A stretch of 63,613 bases of DNA, filler included, from Bacteroidales bacterium (GTDB lineage Bacteria > Bacteroidota > Bacteroidia > Bacteroidales > CAIWKO01): the NCBI GenBank assembly GCA_035389045.1. It is 4 parts of 4 records of this genome, joined end to end, with 100 filler letters (N's around TTAATTAATTAA, not from the genome) between each part and the next. Parts side by side here need not be neighbours in the genome. Positions count along the whole stretch, not along the records: positions 1 to 20,656 come from DAOORA010000072.1; 3 more parts are not named here. One strand, given 5' to 3'. Shown here one piece after another: positions 1 to 8,440 of this stretch. The first letter of the stretch is position 1. The number at the start of each line of letters is the position of its first letter. Both the position numbers and the translations under genes were made by a program. Below the pieces are notes generated by a model. It did no database searches. It was not told where the DNA came from and saw only the letters and a program-made list of their open reading frames with translations.

Positions 1-68
1 TTGAGCGGGTTAAAAGAAAGGTGCTGAATCCAACCGATACATTAATAAATCTTGAATTTTGCATACAG

Positions 69-89
69 GCACGCGTTGCAAACGCGAGC
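69..89. repeat. REP-like short palindrome (GC-A-CGCGTT-GCA-AACGCG-A-GC)
   Basis: Imperfect inverted repeat just downstream of xdhB; resembles the Bacteroidota GCACG..TTGCAAA..CGCGC extragenic palindromes as recalled, not searched. Confidence 0.4.
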
Positions 90-145
90 GCACACCGGAT
101 ATTGACAAATTCTGCACTATTCCGGCACCACTTCTGTTTCAAATC

Positions 146-2494
146 TCATTTTTTATTTCTGATATTTTCCACAGCCAGCGCTATTTTTTCATTAGTGGCC
201 GGAATTGGCAGATCGGGATCGGTTTGATGGTTTCCGGCAGCGGCCACCGCATAACGCAGCGCCATCCAAACCGAAAAAGCCAGAATGAAAGGAGGCTCGC
301 CTACCGCCTTGCTTTTACGGATCGTATTGTAATTGGCAGCATTTTCGAGCAAGTGAATGTTGAATATTTCCGGAATGTCCTGCACCGTGGGAATCTTATA
401 AGTATCCGGTGAACAGGTCAGCAGCCGGCCGGTATCGTCCCACTTTATTTCTTCGGTAGTGATCCATCCAACGCCCTGGATAAATGCCCCGCAAACCTGC
501 CCCATATCTATGGGTTTGTTCAGGCTGTCGCCCACATCATGAAGGATGTCTGCCCTGATGAGTTTATGCGACCCGGTGAGCACATCCACTTCCACTTCAG
601 CCACTGCCATCCCGTAAGAAAAATAATGAAAAGGTTTTCCTCTCCCTTTTTCTCTGTCGAAATAGATATCGGGAGTCTTATAAAACCCTGTCGCGCTGAG
701 GCTTATCTGACTGATATACGCCTTTTCTACCAGTTCCGGGAACGGTATGGAACATTGCGGAAACTTAGAATCAAAGACACTGTTTTCGCTGAATATGATC
801 CTTTTTTCGTCAATTTTACTTACCGCATATTTATTTTTTATTGTTGCAGCAGCCAGGGCTGTCAGTCGTGATTTCAGCGTGTCAACCGCATTTTTTACGG
901 CGGCGCCGTTCAGGTCCGATCCGCTTGATGCCGCTGTTGCCGAGGTATTCGGGACCTTGGACGTATTAGTCGCATTGACTTTAATGTATCCTGCAGATAT
1001 ACCGAGTTCAGCGGCAGCAATATGTCGCATTTTGGTATACAGCCCCTGCCCCATCTCGGTTCCGCCATGGTTGACGAGTACGCTGCCATCGCGGTAGATA
1101 TTTACCAGGGCGCCTGCCTGGTTAAGAAAAGATGTGGTGAAGGATATACCAAACTTAACAGGAGTCAATGATATTCCCCTTTTTATGTATTTACTCGTTT
1201 TGTTGAACAGGTCTATGGCTTTTTTTCTTTTTTCGTATTCAGCGCTTTTTACGATCTGAGTATAAATTTTTTGCAACCTGATGTTTTCGACCTTCTGATG
1301 ATAAGGGGTAATATTGCCGGAATAGTCCGTATAGAAGTTTTTCAGCCTGATCTCCGCAGCGTCTTTTTTCAAAAACCTGGCTATACGGTCCATGGCATGT
1401 TCGATGACCGCAATGCCCTGCGGGCCTCCGAAACCGCGGAATGCGGTATTTGAAAAATGGTTGGTACGCCAGGCCGTGGCAGTAATTGAAACATCGGGAA
1501 TATAATAAGCATTGTCGGCATGAAGCATCGCACGTTCCAATATCGCCATACTGAGGTCTGCGGCATGGCCGGCGTCCGCATTAAGGTCAACGGTGTAGGC
1601 GGTGATGGTTCCCTCGTCATCAAAACCTATGGTGTACGTTGACCAGAACGGATGCCTTTTCCCCGTGATCTTTTGATCATCGTCACGGAAGAGATGGATC
1701 ATGACGGCATGGCCCGTTGCCCTTGCCAGCAGCGCTGCCCAGGCGGCCACATGGTTACCCTGTGTTTCCTTCCCTCCGAAACCGCCACCCATACGCTTCA
1801 CCTCACAGACCACTTCATTTTTTGAAACTCCAAGGACTTCGGCCACGATGGCCTGAGTTTCCGCAGGATTCTGGCTCGAGGCATATACCATCATTTCGCT
1901 CCCTTCGCCGGGTACACATAATGCCGACTGTGTTTCAAGATACCATTGTTCCTGTGCCCCTGTGTATAGTTCCCCGGACAGGCTGTGCCTGGATTTTGAC
2001 AAGGCTTTTTTTACATCACCCCGTTCTATCTTTCGTGTGGGCGCAATTTTGCTGTCTGCGGCCATCGCACTTTTAATATCAAGAAGAGGTTTAAGGGGTT
2101 TGTACGAAATCTTTACCAGCTTTTCGGCTTCGATAGCTATGTCTTCGCTTTCAGCAGCAATAAGTACCACGGCCTGGCCTATGGCATTCACTTCTTTTAC
2201 TGCAAGGCATGGCTCGTCGTGAGCCACAGGACCCATCTGGTTTTCGCCTGGGATATCTCTATACGTCAACACGGCATGAACACCTTTAACCATCCCGGCC
2301 TCACTCACATCAACACGGAGGATCTCTGCACGGGCATGAGAGCTGTATACCACTCTTCCGTAAAGCGTTTGCCCGCTCACCTCCATATCGTTCACATAAA
2401 CGGCCTTTCCGGTTGCATGCAATTCTGCACTGTCATGGTACAGATACTTTTCTGAAGTATTTTTCATGTTATTTTCTGGAAGTTGTTTCTTCAT
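146..2494 (-). CDS. xdhB: Xanthine dehydrogenase molybdopterin-binding subunit
   Basis: Motifs GGGFGGKE, AFRGFGGPQG, HGGTEMGQG and SKAVGEPP (catalytic Glu); likely true start is ATG at 2467, just after the xdhA stop. Confidence 0.95.
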   Translation of the reverse strand: MKKQLPENNMKNTSEKYLYHDSAELHATGKAVYVNDMEVSGQTLYGRVVYSSHARAEILRVDVSEAGMVKGVHAVLTYRDIPGENQMGPVAHDEPCLAVKEVNAIGQAVVLIAAESEDIAIEAEKLVKISYKPLKPLLDIKSAMAADSKIAPTRKIERGDVKKALSKSRHSLSGELYTGAQEQWYLETQSALCVPGEGSEMMVYASSQNPAETQAIVAEVLGVSKNEVVCEVKRMGGGFGGKETQGNHVAAWAALLARATGHAVMIHLFRDDDQKITGKRHPFWSTYTIGFDDEGTITAYTVDLNADAGHAADLSMAILERAMLHADNAYYIPDVSITATAWRTNHFSNTAFRGFGGPQGIAVIEHAMDRIARFLKKDAAEIRLKNFYTDYSGNITPYHQKVENIRLQKIYTQIVKSAEYEKRKKAIDLFNKTSKYIKRGISLTPVKFGISFTTSFLNQAGALVNIYRDGSVLVNHGGTEMGQGLYTKMRHIAAAELGISAGYIKVNATNTSKVPNTSATAASSGSDLNGAAVKNAVDTLKSRLTALAAATIKNKYAVSKIDEKRIIFSENSVFDSKFPQCSIPFPELVEKAYISQISLSATGFYKTPDIYFDREKGRGKPFHYFSYGMAVAEVEVDVLTGSHKLIRADILHDVGDSLNKPIDMGQVCGAFIQGVGWITTEEIKWDDTGRLLTCSPDTYKIPTVQDIPEIFNIHLLENAANYNTIRKSKAVGEPPFILAFSVWMALRYAVAAAGNHQTDPDLPIPATNEKIALAVENIRNKK

Positions 2495-3908
2495 AAAATT
2501 TTAATAATAGGTTACGGGCGGCGATACGGCGAAATTCCTCGCCGGAACGGGCATCCGACAGGGGCGTAAATTCTTTATACAGCCGTTCCGCTGCTTTTTC
2601 CACTACCGATGGCAACCATTTCTTCCCCAAAAGATATTTCTCGGTATTCACGGCACGCCGGGTAGTGGCAGCCATGCCGCCATAAACCAGTACAATGTCC
2701 TTCACGGTTTTATCTTTACTGTCCAGCTCCAGCCTGAATCCCGCACTGCATGTGGAAATATCAAGGTCTTTTCGTTTTGAGACTTTATAGGAAGCGATGA
2801 TCTGCCCCTTGGCAGGAAAAGGAATACCGACAGAAACAATGATTTCATCTTTCTTCAGATCGGTAGTTCGGTAGCCTTTAATAAAATCACATAACTTTAT
2901 CACACGCGAACCTTTTTTGCCGTACAAAGCTACCACGGTATCATAAGCCATCAATACCGGCAGCGAATCGCCAATGGGTGAGGCAGAGCCTATGTTGCCG
3001 CCAACGGTAGCCATGCTCCTGATTTGCTTCGAACCAAAAACACTAAGCATCTTGTGCAGGGCCGGAAACTTTTTCTCTGTTGCCATTTTGAGTTGCTCCA
3101 TCGTAATACCTGCGCCCACCGAAAGACTTTCCTTTGTTTCTGTAATGGTTTGAAGTTCCTTAACCGAAGAAATATCGATAATTTCGGGCAACAATTCATG
3201 TTTTTTGGAAACCCTGAGCCCGGTATCGGTATTCCCGGAAACTATCAGAGCGGAAGGATATCTGCTTTTCAGATCAAGGGCTTCAGAGATGGTAAAGGGT
3301 TTATAATAACGCTGACCTTTTGTTTTGATAACAATAGTTTCCGTGGAATTAATCTGTTGCAGTAATTTTACCGTTTGTTTTTCTTTAGAACTGAAGATGT
3401 CTTTTTCCCTGTTGCTGCAGGCTCTTTCAGCAGCTTCAATAATTGGCACATACCCTGTACAACGGCAGAGGTTACCGGTAACAGCATCACGAATCACTTC
3501 TTTATCAGCTTTCAGTGTGCTTTTGTACAAAGCAAACAACGACATTACAAATCCCGGAGTGCAAAAACCGCATTGTGAGGCATAAACTTCCACCATGGCT
3601 TTCTGAACGGGGTGTAAGCCCCCTTTGGCATCCGCCAGGTTTTCAACAGTGATGAGTTGTTTTCCATGTATCATTGGCAGAAAAATAAGACAACTGTCCA
3701 CCGCATAATAGGCAAGACGGCTTCCATCCTGTTCGGCAAGCACCACGGTACAAGCCCCGCAGTCGCCTTCGCCGCAGCCTTCTTTAACGCCTTTATACCC
3801 GTTCAGCGCCCTGAGGTATTTCAGTACACTGGTGGTAGGGCGGAATTCCGAATTATTGAAATCTATCTCCTGAATTTTATCATTAAATACAAAGCTGACT
3901 TTGTTCAT
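2469..3908 (-). CDS. xdhA: Xanthine dehydrogenase small subunit (two [2Fe-2S] + FAD)
   Basis: KEGCGEGDCGAC, QCGFCTPGF and GNLCRCTGY motifs; FAD domain ATVGGNIGSASPIGD. Confidence 0.95.
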   Translation of the reverse strand: MNKVSFVFNDKIQEIDFNNSEFRPTTSVLKYLRALNGYKGVKEGCGEGDCGACTVVLAEQDGSRLAYYAVDSCLIFLPMIHGKQLITVENLADAKGGLHPVQKAMVEVYASQCGFCTPGFVMSLFALYKSTLKADKEVIRDAVTGNLCRCTGYVPIIEAAERACSNREKDIFSSKEKQTVKLLQQINSTETIVIKTKGQRYYKPFTISEALDLKSRYPSALIVSGNTDTGLRVSKKHELLPEIIDISSVKELQTITETKESLSVGAGITMEQLKMATEKKFPALHKMLSVFGSKQIRSMATVGGNIGSASPIGDSLPVLMAYDTVVALYGKKGSRVIKLCDFIKGYRTTDLKKDEIIVSVGIPFPAKGQIIASYKVSKRKDLDISTCSAGFRLELDSKDKTVKDIVLVYGGMAATTRRAVNTEKYLLGKKWLPSVVEKAAERLYKEFTPLSDARSGEEFRRIAARNLLLKFYEETTSRK

Positions 3909-3909
3909 A

Positions 3910-4674
3910 TTATTTATTTAAACAGTTTTTTACGTCAATTAGTTTTGCGATGATGCTTATTGCTATTTCTTCGGGTGTTTCGGCGTTGAACTTGATCCCT
4001 ATCGGCATATCAACACGATCGGTCTCGGTATGGGAGAAGCCTTCATTTTCGAGCATATGTTTGCGGGCCAGGGCCACTTTTCGCTGACTTCCTATCATGC
4101 CAAGATAGGCAAAAGGCTTTCTGGCTAGTTTGATCAGGATATTCTCATCGTACTCGTGCCTGGGTGTTACAATGACAATAAAAGTATTTGCTGTGAACCG
4201 GGCTTTTTCAATAGCGGCAAAGTATTCTTCACATATACAATGGTAAGGTGAAGCGTCAAATTCATTAAAAATACCTTCCCGCTGATCAAAGATCGTGACA
4301 CGGAATCCAAAATCCAGGGCATAACGTGCCACCACACGGCCTATATGCCCTGCGCCGAAAATATATAAATCCAGGCTGCTTTTTATGGGTTCAAAATATA
4401 TTTCAACAGTGCCGCCGCATTGCATGGCCAGGTCTTCTTCGAGTTCATATGTTTTTTTCAGCGGGACACCGTTTCTTAAAACCTCTAAAGCGTCAGCAAT
4501 GACCTGAAATTCGATACTGCCGCCTCCGATAGTTCCGATGATCTTACGATCAGGTAATACGATCATTTTTGACCCGGCTTTCCGGGGAGAAGATCCCGCA
4601 GTTTCAGTAATAATGCAAAGAACCACTTCTTCATTCTGACTGATAAGTTCTGATAATTGTGTATATATATTCAT
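3910..4674 (-). CDS. xdhC: XdhC/CoxI family Moco-insertion accessory protein
   Basis: GSSPRKAGSKM, GTIGGG, MQCGG, IFGAGH, YLGMIGS and PEEIAISI motifs; next to xdhAB. Confidence 0.92.
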   Translation of the reverse strand: MNIYTQLSELISQNEEVVLCIITETAGSSPRKAGSKMIVLPDRKIIGTIGGGSIEFQVIADALEVLRNGVPLKKTYELEEDLAMQCGGTVEIYFEPIKSSLDLYIFGAGHIGRVVARYALDFGFRVTIFDQREGIFNEFDASPYHCICEEYFAAIEKARFTANTFIVIVTPRHEYDENILIKLARKPFAYLGMIGSQRKVALARKHMLENEGFSHTETDRVDMPIGIKFNAETPEEIAISIIAKLIDVKNCLNK

Positions 4675-4708
4675 TATTGTATAAAATCTGATTCAAAAAT
4701 AATCATTT

Positions 4709-5947
4709 TCAACACATTCTTACATCAAAACCTGCTTTTTTGAGATCGTCAAAATAGGAAGGATAGGACTTGACGACACAATCAGCGTCTCTGAGCAGGA
4801 CTTTATATCCAAGCAACGACAAAGGCGCCAGCGCCATCGCAATACGATGGTCATTGTAAGTATTACAAACAATATTTTTTGCTGCTGATAATTTGCCTGA
4901 TTTTTCGACATGCAACATATCGTTATTGTTGGTGGAAAAATGAAACCCAAATCTTTCAAGTTCTGCCACCATAGCTGCTACACGATCGGATTCTTTCCAT
5001 GCCAGGTTGCGAAGCCCGGAGAAACTGCATCTTACGTTTAATGCCGCAGCTGAAACCAGCAAAGCAGGAAAGAGATCCGGGCTATGAAACATATCTAATC
5101 CCGCAGCGAAAGGTTTATTATGATCATTTCTTATGATGACCGAGTTGTTCAAAAAGGTAGTCCGAACCGCAAAATCCGTGAAAATATCACATAAGGCTGC
5201 ATCGCCCTGCAAAGAATCATGTTGCAAGCCTGAGAGTTCAATTTCCGCTTCCTCAGCCAGTGCAGCTATCTCGTACCAGAAGGCTGCTGCAGACCAGTCT
5301 GCTTCAACAACACAATCACAACCCTTGTATGGCTGAGGTTTAACTAGTATTGTATCATCCTGCCATTTGCAACTGATCCCGGACCTTTTCATCAGACCCA
5401 GCGTCATATCAATGTATGGCCGGGAGGCAATATTATTTTTGAGTTTTAATTCCAGTCCATCAGGCAGCACAGGCGCAATAAGCAGCAAAGCTGAAACAAA
5501 CTGGCTGCTGACGCCGGCATCAATTATGACCCGTGCTCCATGCAACGGCTTTCCGTCAATAATCAGGGGAGGATATCCTTTTTCTGCCACATACTGAATT
5601 TCAGCCCCTAAGTTGTTCAATGCATCAACCAGTGGGCCGACAGGGCGCTTTTGCATACGCGCAGAACCGGTAAGTACACGTTTTCCCGGTGTGACAGCAA
5701 AAAGCGCAGTGAGCAGGCGGAACGGAGTGCCTGCATCAGCGGCATCAAACACCTCCCGGTCATGGAGATTTCGGAGACATTCCTGAAGTACCAATGTATC
5801 ACCTGAGTCCGACAGATTATCAATCCGGAAACCATCCCTGCAAAGATATTGGATTACCAGCAGGCGGTTACTTATGCTCTTTGAAGAAGGCAGCGTAACA
5901 GAACTCCTGATCTTTTTCGATTTTATTTCTACCAGCGCATCAGACAT
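4709..5947 (-). CDS. aroA: 3-phosphoshikimate 1-carboxyvinyltransferase (EPSP synthase)
   Basis: LPSSKSISNR, SSQFVSALL, KESDR and DHRIAMA motifs. Confidence 0.95.
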   Translation of the reverse strand: MSDALVEIKSKKIRSSVTLPSSKSISNRLLVIQYLCRDGFRIDNLSDSGDTLVLQECLRNLHDREVFDAADAGTPFRLLTALFAVTPGKRVLTGSARMQKRPVGPLVDALNNLGAEIQYVAEKGYPPLIIDGKPLHGARVIIDAGVSSQFVSALLLIAPVLPDGLELKLKNNIASRPYIDMTLGLMKRSGISCKWQDDTILVKPQPYKGCDCVVEADWSAAAFWYEIAALAEEAEIELSGLQHDSLQGDAALCDIFTDFAVRTTFLNNSVIIRNDHNKPFAAGLDMFHSPDLFPALLVSAAALNVRCSFSGLRNLAWKESDRVAAMVAELERFGFHFSTNNNDMLHVEKSGKLSAAKNIVCNTYNDHRIAMALAPLSLLGYKVLLRDADCVVKSYPSYFDDLKKAGFDVRMC

Positions 5948-6006
5948 TGACCTTCAGCAATTTAAAAAGTTGTAAATCGCAAATACACAAATCCCTATAA
6001 AGCATA

Positions 6007-7068
6007 TTACAGCAGATTATTATAGAACACAAGGGAATCTGCGATCAGTTTTTCGTCAATAAAATTATCCGTTTTAGCTTCCCCAATGCTGCTGAGCAAT
6101 GTAAAATTGATCTTTTGCCCGGAATTTTTTTTGTCATTTCTGATAAATTCCATGATCCCGGTGGCATCAGCTTTGAACTTTCTGGTCAGGGTTAAACGGA
6201 ATATCTTATAAATTACTTCGTCTAATTCAGCACCTGAAAGTAACTTTTTCTTTTTGGACAACCAGGCTTCGCAAACCATGCCAATAGCCACGGCTTCGCC
6301 ATGAAGCAAGGGTTTTTTATCGTTCATCAGTGAAGATGACTCAACGGCATGGCCGATGGTATGGCCGAAACTCAGTTTTTTTCGTACGTTTTTTTCCAGA
6401 GGATCATCCTGCACGATCTTATCTTTCAGTTTGACAGCCTCTTGTATCAGGTCAGTACGATCAATAATATCCCTGATATCACGCAGTTTAAGGTCTTGCC
6501 AGAGTCGTTTATCAGAGATGAGCGCAATCTTCAGCAACTCAGCACACCCTGACCTTATATGTCTTTCAGGCAGTGTTCTCAGAAATTCCGGATCGATATA
6601 TGTTTTCTCAGCAAACGAGAAACTGCCTATAATATTTTTCAGTCCATTATAATCCAGGCCTGTTTTGCCGCCGATGGAGGCATCTATCATACCCAGCAGG
6701 GTGGTTGGTACATTACAGAAAGAAATTCCCCTTTTGTACGATGAAGCCGCAAAACCGCCCAGATCGGTGATGACGCCTCCGCCAAGGTTAACCAGTAAAG
6801 AACACCGGTCGGCATGATAGGTTATTAGTTTTAACCAAATCTTATTACAACTTTCAAAGTTTTTATTTTTTTCACCGCTTTTAACCATTATCTGCCGGGC
6901 ATTATCAAGGACGGGAAAATCTTCCAGCAGCTTCTTTTTGCAGTATTTTTCAGTATTTTCATCCAATACGATAAAAATACTGCAATGCGCTGCTGATTTC
7001 TCTTCCAGGTATTTCCTGAAATCTTCTTTTTCAGCCGCTGCAAAAAGGTAAGTCGGATTTTTCATCAT
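6007..7068 (-). CDS. aroB: 3-dehydroquinate synthase
   Basis: GGGVITDLGGF, PTTLLGMIDASIGGKTG, FGHTIGHAVE and HGEAVAIG motifs. Confidence 0.95.
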   Translation of the reverse strand: MMKNPTYLFAAAEKEDFRKYLEEKSAAHCSIFIVLDENTEKYCKKKLLEDFPVLDNARQIMVKSGEKNKNFESCNKIWLKLITYHADRCSLLVNLGGGVITDLGGFAASSYKRGISFCNVPTTLLGMIDASIGGKTGLDYNGLKNIIGSFSFAEKTYIDPEFLRTLPERHIRSGCAELLKIALISDKRLWQDLKLRDIRDIIDRTDLIQEAVKLKDKIVQDDPLEKNVRKKLSFGHTIGHAVESSSLMNDKKPLLHGEAVAIGMVCEAWLSKKKKLLSGAELDEVIYKIFRLTLTRKFKADATGIMEFIRNDKKNSGQKINFTLLSSIGEAKTDNFIDEKLIADSLVFYNNLL

Positions 7069-7096
7069 ATAAGCAGGAATATGATCACCTTGGATA

Positions 7097-7123
7097 CAAA
7101 GTTATGAATGTTTTGTAATTTTG
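7097..7123. promoter_or_regulatory. Divergent Bacteroidota sigma-A -7 boxes (TAnnTTTG) for aroB and rubrerythrin
   Basis: TAACTTTG on the minus strand at 7097-7104 and TAATTTTG on the plus strand at 7116-7123, each about 30 bp before a start codon. Confidence 0.55.
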
Positions 7124-7156
7124 TTTTATAAAGAAACACAATAAACTATTACAAAT

Positions 7157-7729
7157 ATGAGCATTAAAGGTACACAGACTGAAAAAAACCTGCTAAAAGC
7201 CTTTGCCGGCGAGTCGCAGGCCAAAGCCCGTTATACTTTTTTTGCCAAACAGGCAAAAAAAGACGGTTATGAACAGATTTCCGAAATATTTACGATTACT
7301 GCCATGCAGGAAGAATGTCACGCCAAGATATTTTTTCGTTTTCTGGAAGGCGGACCTGTTGAGATCACGGCCACATATCCTGCAGGCTCCATCAGTTCCA
7401 CAGACAACAACCTGATATCAGCTGCCAACGGCGAAAACGAAGAATGGACGGAGTTATATCCCTTATTTGCTCAGATTGCTGCTGAAGAGGGCTTCCCGAA
7501 AATCGCAACCGCGTTTAAACTCATTGCCAAGATTGAAGCTGAGCATGAAGCCCGCTTTCTGAAACTATTAAGAAACGTTGAAGACAACAGGGTTTTTGAA
7601 AGCGATGAAGAACAAGAATGGGTATGCCGTAAATGCGGTTATGTGCACAAAGGCAAAAAAGCTCTTGAAAACTGTCCGGTTTGTGCGCATCCAAGAGCAT
7701 ATTTTGAGTTGAAGGCTATGAATTATTAA
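7157..7729 (+). CDS. rbr: Rubrerythrin
   Basis: NLLKAFAGESQA, ExxH diiron motifs and C-terminal rubredoxin-like WVCRKCG...CPVC. Confidence 0.95.
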   Translation: MSIKGTQTEKNLLKAFAGESQAKARYTFFAKQAKKDGYEQISEIFTITAMQEECHAKIFFRFLEGGPVEITATYPAGSISSTDNNLISAANGENEEWTELYPLFAQIAAEEGFPKIATAFKLIAKIEAEHEARFLKLLRNVEDNRVFESDEEQEWVCRKCGYVHKGKKALENCPVCAHPRAYFELKAMNY

Positions 7730-7876
7730 TTTAACTCCTGCACATCAGCACATAGGGCACCGCTTACATGGCCTGTGTTTTACGCCTATACCAATGGCAT
7801 ACAAAAAACGGTAATAAAAATAAATAAGTTCCGTTAAATTTATTTTTTTATTAATTATCTATTTATATTTGCTAAT

Positions 7877-8374
7877 ATGAAGATGTCTTCAAAAACAGCA
7901 CAACAGGAACAAATAATCACTATATCGCAAAGCATGAAAGAAGTTGGTGTGTTCCGCTATTTTATCGGTGGCTTTGTGATTTTAGCAGGCGCGCTTTTTA
8001 TTTTTATTGAAATGTACCTGGCAGGTATCTCCATCCTGTTCATTGGCTTGCTTCTTATCGGCTGGTGCTCAAAAGCAATTTTCGACAACAACAAGAAAGT
8101 ATTGATACACAAGACAGGTCTTTTCACCCCTTTCATTCCTCTGAGAAAAAAATCCATAGAAGGCGCGACGGCAGTTATTCTTAAAACGATAACGACAAAA
8201 CACAAAGGTTTTGGCCAAACGATATCCACAAAGTCAACCACTTACCGGATAGACCTGGAAATACCTACAGGATCCATCAACATCGACAGCCTTGATGATA
8301 AAAAAAAGGCCGGTTATTATTCCTCTGAAATAGCGAAACTTCTTAATGTTGAACTAAAGCAGATCGAGCAGTAA
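7877..8374 (+). CDS. Hypothetical membrane protein (two N-terminal TM helices + soluble domain)
   Basis: 165-aa ORF with a hydrophobic hairpin; TATATTTG -7 box at 7864-7871. Confidence 0.7.
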   Translation: MKMSSKTAQQEQIITISQSMKEVGVFRYFIGGFVILAGALFIFIEMYLAGISILFIGLLLIGWCSKAIFDNNKKVLIHKTGLFTPFIPLRKKSIEGATAVILKTITTKHKGFGQTISTKSTTYRIDLEIPTGSINIDSLDDKKKAGYYSSEIAKLLNVELKQIEQ

Positions 8375-8440
8375 TCTTTCGCCAATACTGCAAACACATT
8401 CTCTTTATAAAATTGACCAGGTCGTTTTTGCGGGCGCTAA

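Noticed and set aside
42..149. Cys-rich mini-ORF overlapping the xdhB stop with an in-frame TAG (MRFETEVVPE*CRICQYPVCARVCNAC...), suggesting recoding
   Set aside because: Other genes in the window use TAG as a normal stop; the Cys codons arise partly from the REP-like palindrome; only 35 codons long
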